Positions 1 to 11,728 of a stretch of DNA of 32,638 nt are shown one piece after another. How positions within the stretch are numbered: the stretch's first letter is position 1; each line of letters starts with the position of its first letter. A program made the translations under genes and the position numbers. Source of the DNA: Rozella allomycis CSF55 (taxonomy: Eukaryota); assembly GCA_000442015.1 (NCBI GenBank), contig KE560857.1:1-32638 (forward strand), given 5' to 3'. Under the pieces are notes generated by a model, which did no database searches, was not told the DNA's origin, and worked only from the letters and a program-made list of their open reading frames with translations.

Positions 1-725
1 CACGCATCGACAAATGCGTCAGGTATCGACAGTTCTCCAAGCACTTAATCAATTTGATTTTATTAACTATATTCTCAATATTTAATATTGTTACAATCAA
101 GATTCAGATGCCTCAAGTATTTATATTCAGTAAAATCTATTTCAGTTATCTTGTTATATGAAAAATCTGAATGTAATAAGTTTCTATATCCTTTAAACTT
201 TTGTAGACCATCAGAGTCTATTGAATTCTGACTGACATCCAAATAAACAAGNACACTTAATCAATTTAATTTTATTAACTTTATCCTGAATATTTGATAT
301 TTTTACAATCAAGATTCAGATGCTTCAAGTATTTATATTCAGTAAAATCTATATCAGTTAGCTTGTTATATGAAAAATCTGAATGTAGTAGGTTTCTACA
401 TCCTTTAAACTTCTGTAGACCATCAGAGTCTATTGAATTCTGACTGACATCCAAATAAACAAGTTGATCTAGTTGGTTGAGTGGGGTCAAGTCATGTATC
501 ATTCGCTTTCCATTTCTTACCGTTAATGCAATTTCTTTGCAGTTCCACTTTTTGCAAGTATTCGGATGTTATTATCAAGCTGAGATCTCCAATCCCTTTA
601 TTCTATCCTTGAATCCCAAAGTTTAACAATACCGTTGCTGTCAAGCAGGTGTATATTAATTTGTTCTCTACGGGACAAAATTTTAAAGTGTGTAGATAGT
701 TGAATTGCTCATTACATTCAGGCAT
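1..725 (-). CDS. Leucine-rich-repeat protein, LRGUK/LRRC23-like (5' part; runs off the window start and crosses an assembly N at 252)
   Basis: Spliced translation MPECNEQFNYLHTLKFCPVENKLIYTCLTAT|NKGIGDLSLIITSEYLQKVELQRNCIN|DLTPLNQLDQLVYLDVSQNSI...HSDFSYNKLTDIDF...LKHLNLD|FNKIKLIKCLENCRYLTHLSMR gives 22-aa SDS22-type LRRs. The resemblance to the flagellar LRGUK N-terminus is from memory. Confidence 0.7.
42..463. repeat. 210-bp direct duplication (42-251 and 254-463) flanking an N at 252
   Basis: Manual alignment shows 13 substitutions and no indels; 5 of them fall in the 28-nt intron (67-94 vs 279-306). Confidence 0.95.
493..520 (-). other. Predicted non-canonical GT-TG intron (28 nt) in the LRR gene
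   Basis: gtaagaaatggaaagcgaatgatacatg. Removal gives AAC G|AC TTG (N-D-L-T-P-L) and an exact 22-aa LRR period. Confidence 0.7.
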
Positions 726-827
726 TAGATACGTAAACAAATATGAATTTGAATTTTTTGTACCAATTATTTACAATAAAATTTTCAAGATCTTCGAGAT
801 AAGTACCCCTGTATTCTGTAAGGTTTG

Positions 828-3060
828 ATGAAGTTTGCTGCATGTACATTAAATCAATGGGCTCTAGATTTCGAAGGAAATTATCAAAGGATTTATGAGA
901 GCATTGCAATTTCTAAACAGCAAGGGGCGCATTATCGTCTGGGGCCTGAGCTTGAAATTTGCGGATACTCATGTCAAGATCATTTTTACGAACCAGGTAA
1001 GTACTTTGTTTGAATTATACTAACTGATACATGGATACATAGCTGGGAAATTATGTCTAGACTCTTAGAAGATCGATCTTTAGATGGGATCATAATCGAT
1101 GTAGGAATGTAAATAATTCGTTTGATTCAAATAGGCCCGTGCAATGGAAATCACAATTGTATAATTGCAGGGTCATAATATTTAATGGAATAGTATATCT
1201 TATTCGGCCCAAAATACTTTTAGCAAATAAGGGAAATTATAGAGAAGAAAGATGGTTTACACCCTGGCCGGCAAAGGAAATTGAAGAATTTTGTTTGCCA
1301 GCAATAATTAAGCAAAAAAGATGCGTGTTTGGAGATGCAGTACTCGAAACAGAAGATGGAATAGTCATTGGATCTGAAATTTGTGAAGAACTTTTTCAAC
1401 CTAATAGTAGTCACATTGACATGGGTATTGGCGGGGTTGATATTTTTACAAATGCCAGTTCAAGTCATCACGAGTTGAGAAAGTTGCAAACAAGAATAAA
1501 CTTGATCACCAATGCTACAGAAAAAATGGGAGGAGCCTATGTTTATGCGAATCAAAGAGGTTGTGACGGGGACAGACTTTACTTTGATGGTTGCTCGATG
1601 ATCGCGTTGAATGGTCTAGTTGTGGCCCAAGGCAAACAATTTTCTTTGGATGAAATTGAAGGTTTGATTTTTTTATGGTTTTTATCAGTTATTGTGGCTT
1701 CTATCAATGTTAATGACGTCAGGGCATTCAGGGTATCAAAAGGACTTAAAACTGGGGCAACAAAAATTCCTCGTGTGCATATTCCCTTTTTTCCAAATGA
1801 AGATGAAGATTTTTCTTCAAAGCCTATCTCTGTTACGTATTTTTCCATGGAAGAGGAAATAATGCTTGGCCCCGCGTGTTGGCTATGGGATTTTCTAAGG
1901 AGAAGTCCTTGCAGTGGTTATTTTCTCCCCTTAAGTGGTGGTCTTGATAGTACTGCAGTAGCATTGATTGTTCATTCCATGTGCTGTTTAGTCTACGAAT
2001 CATGTGCCAGGGGCAATAATGCTACCTTACAGGACTATTTTCGATTGATAGGAGAAGTGGCAATTCCAACTTCCGCAAATAATATTTCAAAGTATTTTAT
2101 TATGTATAAATTGTTAGAATGCTTTTGGCGACTGCCTACATGGGCACTTGCAACTCCACTGCAGCCACTAAACAACGGGCCGGGTTATTGGCAAAGGAAA
2201 TTAATAGCTACCATTTTTCATTTACATTTGATCCAATAATAACTGCTGTGCTTCAATTGTTTCATTCAATAACGGGATTCACGCCAAGCTTTACTTCGTC
2301 TCATTTGGAAGATTTGGCGCTACAAAATTTACAAGTAAAACTGATCTCGGCGTATATATATATGGCTCGATGTCGATTGATTTTATCATACTTCTTTGCT
2401 CTCCTAATGCCAATCATTAGCTATCAAACAGCTAGGCGCCCCTTTCTTGTCCTTGGGACTTCTAATGTTGACGAAGCGTAAACAAATATGCTTTGGCTAT
2501 TATAGTATACGCGGTTATTTTACAAAGTATGACTGCTCCAGTGCAGATATTAATCCCATAGGAAGTATTAGTAAAAATGATCTCAAAAAGTTCGTCGAAT
2601 ATTATAGTAATAAAAATAATACGATATCATTAAACGAGTAAGCCCATTTTTTGCACCATATAGAATTCTTTCTTCTCCGCCAAGCGCGGAACTAAGACCA
2701 GGGGGTGAACAAATTGATGAAGTAAAAAAACTACTTGAATGGAGAAAGGATGATATGGGATTTACATATAACGAGTTATCTGAAATGGGTTATCTGCGTA
2801 AGGTCGGAAAATGTGGACCTGTCACCATGTTCCAAAAATTGAAGGCCCAATGGGGAAATATCATGAGCCAAAATCAAATTGGAAACAAAGTGATGTCTTT
2901 TTTCCGTTTCTTCGGTTTGAATCGTCATAAGATGACGACTTTGACACCCTCATATCATTGCGAAGCATACAATGTGGATGACAATCGCTTTGACTTGAGG
3001 CCTTTTCTTTATCCAAGCTTTAAATTACAATTTGATACAATTAAGAAGAAAATAAATTAG
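828..3060 (+). CDS. QNS1: Glutamine-dependent NAD+ synthetase (nitrilase-type glutaminase + synthetase), 8 introns
   Basis: Motifs [77 protein letters not shown]. Introns at 997-1026, 1109-1134, 1662-1688, 2092-2117, 2335-2364, 2478-2505, 2638-2663, 2722-2748. Confidence 0.96.
997..1026 (+). other. Predicted non-canonical GT-TG intron (30 nt) in QNS1
   Basis: gtaagtactttgtttgaattatactaactg contains an in-frame stop and a TACTAAC. Removal restores [14 protein letters not shown]. The next AG (1042) is out of frame. Confidence 0.85.
2335..2364 (+). other. Predicted non-canonical GT-TG intron (30 nt, in frame, no stop) in QNS1
   Basis: gtaaaactgatctcggcgtatatatatatg. Removal restores the conserved LALQNLQ|ARCR; there is no AG nearby. 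Confidence 0.8.
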
Positions 3061-3102
3061 TTTTAATGATATTTTTTATTTAATTTATACATGCTATATA
3101 AA

Positions 3103-3783
3103 TTACTGCCTTCCACGAAAGCCACCTCTTCCACCGCGAAATCCACCTCGGCTATTACGATCACCACCACGCGATTGAAAGTTTCCACGACCACCACGGC
3201 TATTGCCTCTTCCACCTCTTCCACCGCGGCCTCTTGGCGCGCCACCAGACGCTTTCTTCACCTTTTGTTTGGGCTTCTCTTCTTTTGGCAAAAATCTCTC
3301 TAAAGGCAAAAGCTTTTCGGTTCCTATATATACCGGTGCATCCTGCTGAAATGATGTTGCGACGATGCCTTCCGAGACTTTAATGGTAAAATACTACAAA
3401 AAATACGGTAAAAGTTTTTACCACTTCATTAATTGGCCCGAGTATTTCATTAATGTGTCCGATTTTGGTTTTGTTTTCAAGATATATTCCAGCATTAAAA
3501 TGGGGAATTTTTTCGTTTGTAGATTTGCAAACCATTTCATTTTCACTTGCATGCATAAAGGTACCAAGCACTATATTTGATCGAAGAATAAAAATTTTAC
3601 CAGTCAATTCTTGAGGAATTTCATCACGCCCACCATAACTTGGGCGTCCGCCTCTGTTTCCACCTCTTCCACCTCTGGATCCACCGCGATTACCTACTGT
3701 TAGTATTTTCTTTTAAAAGATAAAAAATGACAATAAATAAAATCTCAAATAACAAACAAGCGCGTACCAAAATTTCCTCGCAT
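3103..3783 (-). CDS. GAR1: H/ACA snoRNP subunit Gar1, 3 introns
   Basis: RGG-rich ends around the core [51 protein letters not shown]...[10 protein letters not shown]. First intron 3694-3767 (74 nt). Confidence 0.95.
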
Positions 3784-4043
3784 TTTTTTGATTTACCAGG
3801 GTTCCAATTCTCATTAGCTATTCGAGTTTAAAGGGATGGTTTATTGATCAAATTAATCACAAAACCTATATAATTGGTATGTCTCAAATAAATCCTATAT
3901 TATTATGATGCTTGTGATACAAGCACTGAAGACGACACATTATTGTTTTAATTTCATAATTTGTTGCCTTTTTTATAAATTTTATGTTTTTTATTTTCAT
4001 GTGTAATATATTTCGGCTAAACCTTGTTTAACTACGCCATAAA

Positions 4044-5917
4044 ATGTACAACAACTTTCGTCCGCCTATGCCAGTAACGCCTAATTTTCCATGTAAAAAA
4101 TTTATAAAAGATAAATAGATACACCTACAGCAACACCTTTAACTAATATACCTACATTTTCCAATACAGAGGGAATAGAAGAAGAAACTATTCTTGGTGA
4201 ACGTTTTACCACTATTTTTGTAGGCTCTTTACATGAGTCAGTTCCAGATGATGTCATATTTCGAGTGTTACAAGTAGGGAAATCTATTTATACAATACAG
4301 GCGTGTGGTCCAGTAAAAAAATGGAATAGGGTAAAAGATCCAACAGGGACCCCCAAAGCATTCGGATTTTGTGAATATTTATCTGCTGACGGTGTTTTGA
4401 GATGTCTTAGATTACTAGAAACATTAAAATTCTATGACAAACAAATCATGGTAATACGAGGTTGTATACATGTGACTAGTTGAGAGTTGATGAGAAGAGT
4501 AAAAACTACTTGGAGAGGTACAAGGAATGGAAGACTAGACAAGGAGAGCCGATCCAGGATGAAGAAAAGGATAATGACTCTCTTAAGAGTATACGTAACA
4601 TTCTAAAGAATCATTCATTATCGTTTTCTTTTACACTAAAAGAAGACAAAGCGCAAGCTCTGCTGAATGAAATTTCAGAAGCTGCCGCACAGTCTGATTC
4701 ACCAAAAGAACCGTTAAACGAGTAAGGTTTACTTAATCCTTTCATTAGTCACGTAAAGGAGGAAGATCAAAAGGAAGGTCATGATGATCAACACAGAAAA
4801 AAACGAGAAAGAGACTTCATTGATGTAAATACGAAATTTCCTAATTGATTTTAGAGGCTTAGACGCTGGGAATCTAAGGAATCTGGCATCTTAAGAGGTA
4901 TTGAAAGGGATGAAGAACGTGAAATGCAAAGAAAAGATCGCTTAATAAAAAAGAGGGAAGAAGATTTAAAATATTTTTCTTATTTCGATGACGACAAGGA
5001 TGACGCCGAATTTTACCGGGACCGTAGTCGCTGGGTCTCTAAAAGAAAACGTGATCTTGTTAGAGAGAGCGAATACGACATGGAGGATCGTCGCCTGGAA
5101 CAGGAAGAACTTAGGCGCCAAAGTCAGGTCCCAGAGCAATCAAATGAGTTGAATTCTGCTGAAATTTCCCCAATGGAAACTGATGAAGTTTCAAATATCC
5201 CACAAGAAGAGCCTGAGCCTTTAAATGAACTAAATGAACCAAACCCTGAAATTTCAAACCCCGTAATAGGTGCAATCAAAGTAGGTTTTGGTTTGACGTC
5301 AAAGCAATCTTCTTCAGAGTCGATGGCATCTAAAAAAAGGTCTCGACCAACTGCAGTTGAAGCTTTTGGGGATGTTGAGTCTGATGAAGAAATTGAACAA
5401 AAGGTTGTCGAAACGTTTATCCCAATTCATAAACGGTTAAGATTGATGCCTATTGAATATTCCGTCGATGAATTAATGGCCGATGGTTATTCAAAGTCTG
5501 AGGCTGAAAAAAAGGTACTAGAAAATGAAAAACACAGGGCGCAACGATTAGTGCAGGAAATTCCGGTCGACAAGATTGATTTATTTAAATATCAAATATC
5601 ATGGGATGTTTTGGACAAGGTTTGATTTTTTTTGTTTGTTTTATCTTTTAGAATTTAATTTCATTGAAAGTTAAACCCTGGCTTAACAAAAAAATTAATG
5701 AATTGTTTGGCTCTTCAAACGAGCAATTTGAGAGCATCATAATTAAGTCTCTTTTAAATAAAGAAAATCCAGACATTCTCATAAAAGAAATTTCAAATGT
5801 AATTATTTGTTATTTGAAATATAGGAAATTGAATTCTCCAATGCAGAGCTCTTTGTAGTTCGATTATGGAGATTCATAATTTTTGAAACTGAATATAAAT
5901 TACTTGGCAAAAAATAA
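4044..5917 (+). CDS. RBM25/Snu71-like U1-associated splicing factor (RRM + charged region + PWI), 7 introns
   Basis: RRM CGPVKKWNRVKDPTGTPKAFGFCEY; RE-rich middle; PWI domain VKPWLNKKINELFG...AELFVVRLWRFIIFETE. Confidence 0.88.
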
Positions 5918-6022
5918 AAATAAATCATTTAATTGTAATTCTTGATCTGCTTTTTTGATCATCACAGCGTGAAAAATCTCAAATTTCCGACACGTGAATT
6001 CAAATCACAACAACAATTAGAA

Positions 6023-6769
6023 ATGCCAGTAGTTCGCACTAAACCTGTATCACCAATTCGTAATCCTCCCACAAATATACCATTAATACTTTTACAATCA
6101 GTCTTTAATGTGTATCGAATATTCTCCTCAAAATTTAAGACCTTGAAGACACACACCAAGATTCTAGCGTTGTTTGTAGCATTTTTAAATACTTGGTGGA
6201 TAACGCTTTTGCTAATTCCAATGACTCTTTCGCTAGCAACATTAATTCTCGTGTTCACAGGCTTTATTAGTGGATGGACAATTTTGGTTAATCAAATCGC
6301 CATTTCTTTGGAACAAGTTTTCGGCCTTTCATTTAATGTATGGTATTCTAAGGTTTTGTAATTAGAATGGTTATTTACAAAGACTGTACGAAGGAACGCT
6401 TCAAACCGCAATTAAGATTGACGCATTAATCAATCTCTATACAAATATGTTTTTTAAGGTATTAAATTAAAGTAATTTATATCTAGAATATTTATCTTCC
6501 ATGGATCAAGCCAATATTGATGTTGGCTATTCGCAACAAGGCATTATTAGCGCCAGTATATACGCTATCCAAGATCGCCATCAATTTTACCTGTTATCTT
6601 GGTTCCTATTTAGAATCTGCAGGGAATATAATTTCTCCAACATGGACAATATACATTAAACGGGTAAATTAATTTTCATGGGGTTAGATAGATTTTCGAT
6701 CAAATTCTATACAAGTTTCAAGTTTATTATGAAAAATGTGAAAACAGCTTTGATTTGCTATTAAAATAA
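6023..6769 (+). CDS. Hypothetical membrane protein with a long hydrophobic stretch, 3 predicted introns
   Basis: The ORF from ATG 6023 is extended in frame by three 27-28 nt GT-AG introns to TAA 6769. About 40 hydrophobic residues, ILALFVAFLNTWWITLLLIPMTLSLATLILVFTGFISGWTILV. Confidence 0.6.
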
Positions 6770-6800
6770 TAAAAACATAATGTTAAAGTACCAAATACAT

Positions 6801-9127
6801 TTATTCCTCTCCAGTATCCATTTCCAAATCGACAGTTTCATTTCCGGAGCTTTCAGGGGCTTCGAAAGCTTCATTTAGTAAATTTTCGGATGAATGGGAA
6901 TAAGGACCTTGTAAAACTTCATCAGGGAATGGGGTGTCTAACCAACCTTTTCCATTCATCTTGAATTCTCCAACTTTTTCATAGTATTTATCAAATTTTG
7001 TAAGGCCATTGTCCAAAAGTCTTTTTCCTGCTCTGTAGTATTTAGTTTCCGGTTTATTATAAACCATTGCGTTATTGCACATTAATACAAAGTCATCCTA
7101 TATTAACAACAAACTAAAGATACCTTAAATTCATTCAATGATCGGTAAAATAGAATTTTATGCTTCATTGTATCCAAGTCCATTGGATTTTTTATGATCA
7201 AATGGTAATCAGGAGCAATGTCGGGTGTAACGGGCTCTGCAAATATCCCTTTCGCGTCAAGTCTCAAAAACTTAGAGAAACAAAGTTACTTTTTAAGCTC
7301 ATTCCATAAATCCTCCATTAATATATTCAAAGGAGAAAAGAAATGTTTATATAAATTGTAAAGACAAATTACAGACTGTAATTTTGCTTTTTCCCGTTTT
7401 TTCACTAATTCAACCAACATTCTAGCTTTCTCCAAGTCAGTTCTCAATGACCGCAAAATCTTAAAATCTTTCTTGTACTGTTCAATGTCCATAGCAGTGG
7501 CTTTTGGCGCCTTGACAGAAGTAGGCTAACGTCTCATACTAACATATTAGTTACTTCAAGTTGAAGTCGTCTTAACAATGGTACTCCTTTACGAGATTCA
7601 CGCTTTAGCGTCCAGTAACGGCATATGCTTTTAATCACATGCAATTTCTGTGAAACATTACAATCTTTTGTATGAGAATTAAACAAATTGTGAAGAATAC
7701 AGTTTGGAATAACAGGAAAAATACCTCCAGAGGATTTCAATATAACATTTGCTATAGTTGAATTTACAAACCACTCATTGCTTTCGAAAACAGACTGAAA
7801 TGGTACACCCCGGTCAGCTAATCGATGGCTGTCCTTATAGATGACCATTTGCTTTTTTAATATGGGAACCTTTTCATCAAGTAGTCCCTCTTCCCAATCT
7901 TTTTCATCAATATTCAAATCGTCCAAATACTCTTCCTTTTCTTATAAATTTACAATCGACATTACAGGGGTGTGTTTAAAACAAAAAGATTGCTTAGATT
8001 CCCAATCCATGCATAAGCCTGCCAGTTTCGCACATGTAGGATGATATGAAATTCGACAATTACGCTGGGAACATTGAATCGGCGCACCCCATTTCTTTTT
8101 ACATAGTACACATATCAACTTGTATCGAGCCTTTGGTATAGCAGAATTATCAATGGGCTCCTGGAAAACGGCATTTCCTACACAACATTCCTCAATCCAA
8201 TATGAACAAAAGAGGTGAGCCCATCTGTAATCAACCGTTTGTTTAAATGCTCCACCTTCGTTAGGGCATAATATGCAAGACTTTCTATATTTATTTTAAA
8301 TGTTACAACTGGGATTGATGGGTTAACCATACATTTTCTACACAGCCACGACCCCTCTGGAATATGTGGAACGCCATAGCATTCCTGATGCACTGCTACA
8401 TTGCAACCATCACAGTAAACTATAGCGTCACTATTAGAACTTTCACTGCTCCCACAAATTTCACATGGTTTATCCTCATGGATTCCATCCTCAAGCTTTG
8501 CTGTTCGTTTAACTAATTTAGTCTTTCTGTGTAAGAATAAGTAATTACTAATTCAAACCACTCCTTCTCTATACGATCCATAACAAGCTCGAAAAATTCG
8601 GGACTCACCTCCTCTAGCATTTCCTTTTGCCTGTCTTCGTTTATTAACTTCAGCCATTGATTATCTTGATCATCCATGTCATATTCAATTAAAGTCGCTG
8701 CACTCTCTTCTAAATCAGCTTTTAATAGAAAAACCTTTTGGTTACGTTGATATTGAATGTAGGATTCTGGTCTTTGATAATTTCGTTGGTGGCAATCAAC
8801 TTTGACGTTACCGACATGTTTGTAACGCAAAGTAGGCAGCTTTGACAAAATTTCTTGGGCTTTGCTTTGCCTTTCCCGGTCCTTCTCCAGAGACTCTAAA
8901 CTCTTCTTTTTAAAAACTATTTTTAATTTTGTGTTCACATCTAGGACATTTTTTCCATAAACCTCGTCTATTGTCTTTTCTTCCCTAGGCCGAGGGTCAG
9001 CATCTGTCGTTCCGTGTGGTTTGGACACGGAATTCAAGGAAGGATATTTCCTAGGTCGTCCTCTACCCCGTTTTAAAGGGATTTGATTAGTGGAAGTGCT
9101 GGACTCTGTTTTCATATCGTCGTCCAT
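6801..9127 (-). CDS. BRPF/Nto1-like HAT-complex scaffold (AT-hook, EPC/EPL1, PHD-zinc knuckle-PHD, bromodomain), 7 introns
   Basis: [72 protein letters not shown]; bromodomain IFAEPV..APDY...[15 protein letters not shown]. The start codon is uncertain. Confidence 0.9.
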
Positions 9128-9277
9128 TACTACCTATAAATTACGAAATTTTGGCATGACATTGTTTCCTGATCGGTTAATAAAATAGATATAAATTTAA
9201 ATCTTAAAATGATCATCTTAATCATTGGCTTGTATTTTATTATGTGAAAGAAGTGAGTGAATGAACCTAGCCACATT

Positions 9278-11701
9278 ATGGAAGAAAATTTCGTGAAGCA
9301 TACGATATCTCTAGTTAAGCAGAGCAACCAGCTTTACACTAAACATGTTGATTTACCGTTTCATTTAGCTACTTCACCTGCAATAGGAGAACGTTTGGAG
9401 AAATCTGCTCAAAAAATACTTTCCATTGGCCGAAAATTAATAGCCTTAGAGTCTCAATTTTTGGACCTACCAGAATATTTAAATGTTGAGAATGTTGAAC
9501 ACGTTGTTGATTCCTATGACAGAGTTATTGAAGTTACCGACCATATTCTTGAGAGAATTGTAAATGTAGTATATTTTAGTCACATAGGATGCCACGATTG
9601 AAGTTGAGAAAATTAAAGCTAGTGGGAAGGACATGACGCCTGTAAATGCCAAGCAATCATCTGCTGTGTCTATAAGTGTTCAAAATGGAAACAAATCCAC
9701 AAAGTTTATTCACGCACAAAATATTTCAAGGCCACAATTGCGTTTCAAAGATCAAATCGACAACTCTATGACTCCATTCATACCAAAGTTAAAGAACAAA
9801 CCGCACGCTCTCGTTCCTCTTCCAAACTGTAATGCTACTGTTTTATTTATTATATAGATTCTAACAATGAAAACGTTTCGGCCGAAATACCTGACCATTT
9901 ACAATCTCACATTCAATCCCTAGGGGTGGGAAACGGTTTTGTCAAACAACATGGCCATCCTTACGAGTATGAAATAAGAAATTTAAATTTACCTGAACAC
10001 GCGATCCAAGAGTGTGTTCCAGAAATATACAAATCTCTGGAAGAGACGCCACTTCTAATGGTCAATACTGAAGAGCAGTTGTTAGCGTTAATTAAGGATT
10101 TGGAGGGAGAAAGCGTTATTGCAATAGATTTAGAGAATCATAGCTATAGATCTTACCAGGGATTCGTTTGTCTGATGCAAATTTCTTCGCGCCAAAAGGA
10201 TTTTATCGTTGACACCCTTGAGCTACGCCACTTTCTTCATCAATTGAATGTTGTTTTTGCTAATCCAAACATAGTTAAAGTATTACACGGTGCTGATTCT
10301 GATATTATTTGGCTTCAAAGAGATTTTGGACTTTATATAGTTAACATGTTTGACACGTACTTTGCATCCAAGGAATTGAGTTGTCCATCGCATTCCTTGG
10401 CGTATCTTTTGAGCCATTATGCTGGTATTAAGGTGGATAAAAAGTACCAACTAGCAGACTGGCGTATTCGCCCACTACCTGAGGAAATGGTAAAATACGC
10501 CCGCGAAGACACTCACTACCTTTTATACATTTATGATAATATGAAAAATGAGTTGATTGAAAAGCGAAAGTCTGAGACTGAATACGATCCACTCCACAAG
10601 GTTCTATCTAAAAGCAATGATTTGACTCTGAAGCGATATGAAAAAGAAATTTATTCAGATGTTTCTTGGTTCAATTTATATAAAAAATACAATAGAAATC
10701 TAGAGCCACGCCTACTGAAAGTGTTCCAGGCTCTGCATCGTTGGCGTGACCAACTTGCTAGAGAGCAAGATGAAAGCACCCATTATGTTTTACCTAATCA
10801 TATGCTATTTAGAATAGCAGAAAGAGCTCCTAAAAACGTACCACAAATTCTTGGCTGTTGTAATCCAGTTCCACCATTGGTGCGCCTGCACGCAAATGAT
10901 TTATCACTATTAATTTCGCGTGTATTAGATGAATATGAAACTAAGAAAAATGATCAAATCGAGCAATTTCAAAACCTTGAAACAATGGCAGAAAGCAATC
11001 ACACCATTTTTGAGTCGAACTCCGAAATTTCTGAAACAGAAGTGGCTGAGCAGGTCATTGACGAGGAAAATCTGAAAGAGAGAATTGAAGATGTCGCTAA
11101 TGTACAACAAGTTGTTAAAAATGAAGCTGGCGGAGATTCTAATTCTAAAGTTAAAATGTTGAATTCATCAGTGAAATCCCAGTTCCTTGCAGTCCTGGAG
11201 AAGATTGAAGTACCAATTTCATTACCTAACGAAATAATGGATTCATTTAAGAATGTTTTAGAACCTTGGAACGAATTTATGGATGAGATTGCTGATGACG
11301 ATAACAATTTTACAGCGCAGCCACCCAAAGAAGAGGCGGTTCCCGTAAAGGAAGAAATTCCCGTTGATTCTGTGGTGACTTTGAATGATTTAAAAAAGGG
11401 CACTTCCTCAAAGTCTTTGGATTCTATTCTAAGCGAATTTGCAAAGAAACAAGCCGCTGTTGTGGACCAAGACATCGAGGAGGAATCACCTGCTCAAGAA
11501 GATAAAGTCGACTATTCAATTCTTAAACAAAATTTGGACACTGGAAATAAATCAAAAAAGAGAAAAAGTAAAAAATATTTCTATTTTTAATTAGTTTTTA
11601 ATCCATTCAAGGAAAAGTCCGAAGTTGCATTCAAACAAAAGAAACGCCTTTCCACCAAGCCAAACTCTGGGAACAAAAGTTTCACTTTCAAAAATAAATA
11701 A
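9278..11701 (+). CDS. RRP6: Nuclear exosome exonuclease Rrp6/EXOSC10 (PMC2NT, DEDD exonuclease, HRDC), 3 introns
   Basis: IAIDLENHSYRSYQGFVCLMQISSR, HGADSDIIWLQRDFG, YQLADWRIRPLPEEM..YAREDTHYLLYIYD, WRDQLAREQDES..YVLPN. Confidence 0.96.
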
Positions 11702-11728
11702 TCAATGTTATGATATTTCATTGTTTAC

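Noticed and set aside
997..1026. Stop-codon readthrough or an alternative genetic code as the explanation for broken ORFs
   Set aside because: The interruptions are 26-32 nt insertions starting with GT relative to conserved motifs, and TAA, TAG and TGA all serve as normal terminal stops.
3063..3303. Ala/Val/Thr-rich ORFs overlapping GAR1 (and similar ones over NOP1 at 25251-25490)
   Set aside because: Shadow frames of RGG-coding repeats.
9113..9162. Possible upstream BRPF micro-exon joined by another TG-ending intron
   Set aside because: No conserved sequence to test it against; ATG 9127 is sufficient.
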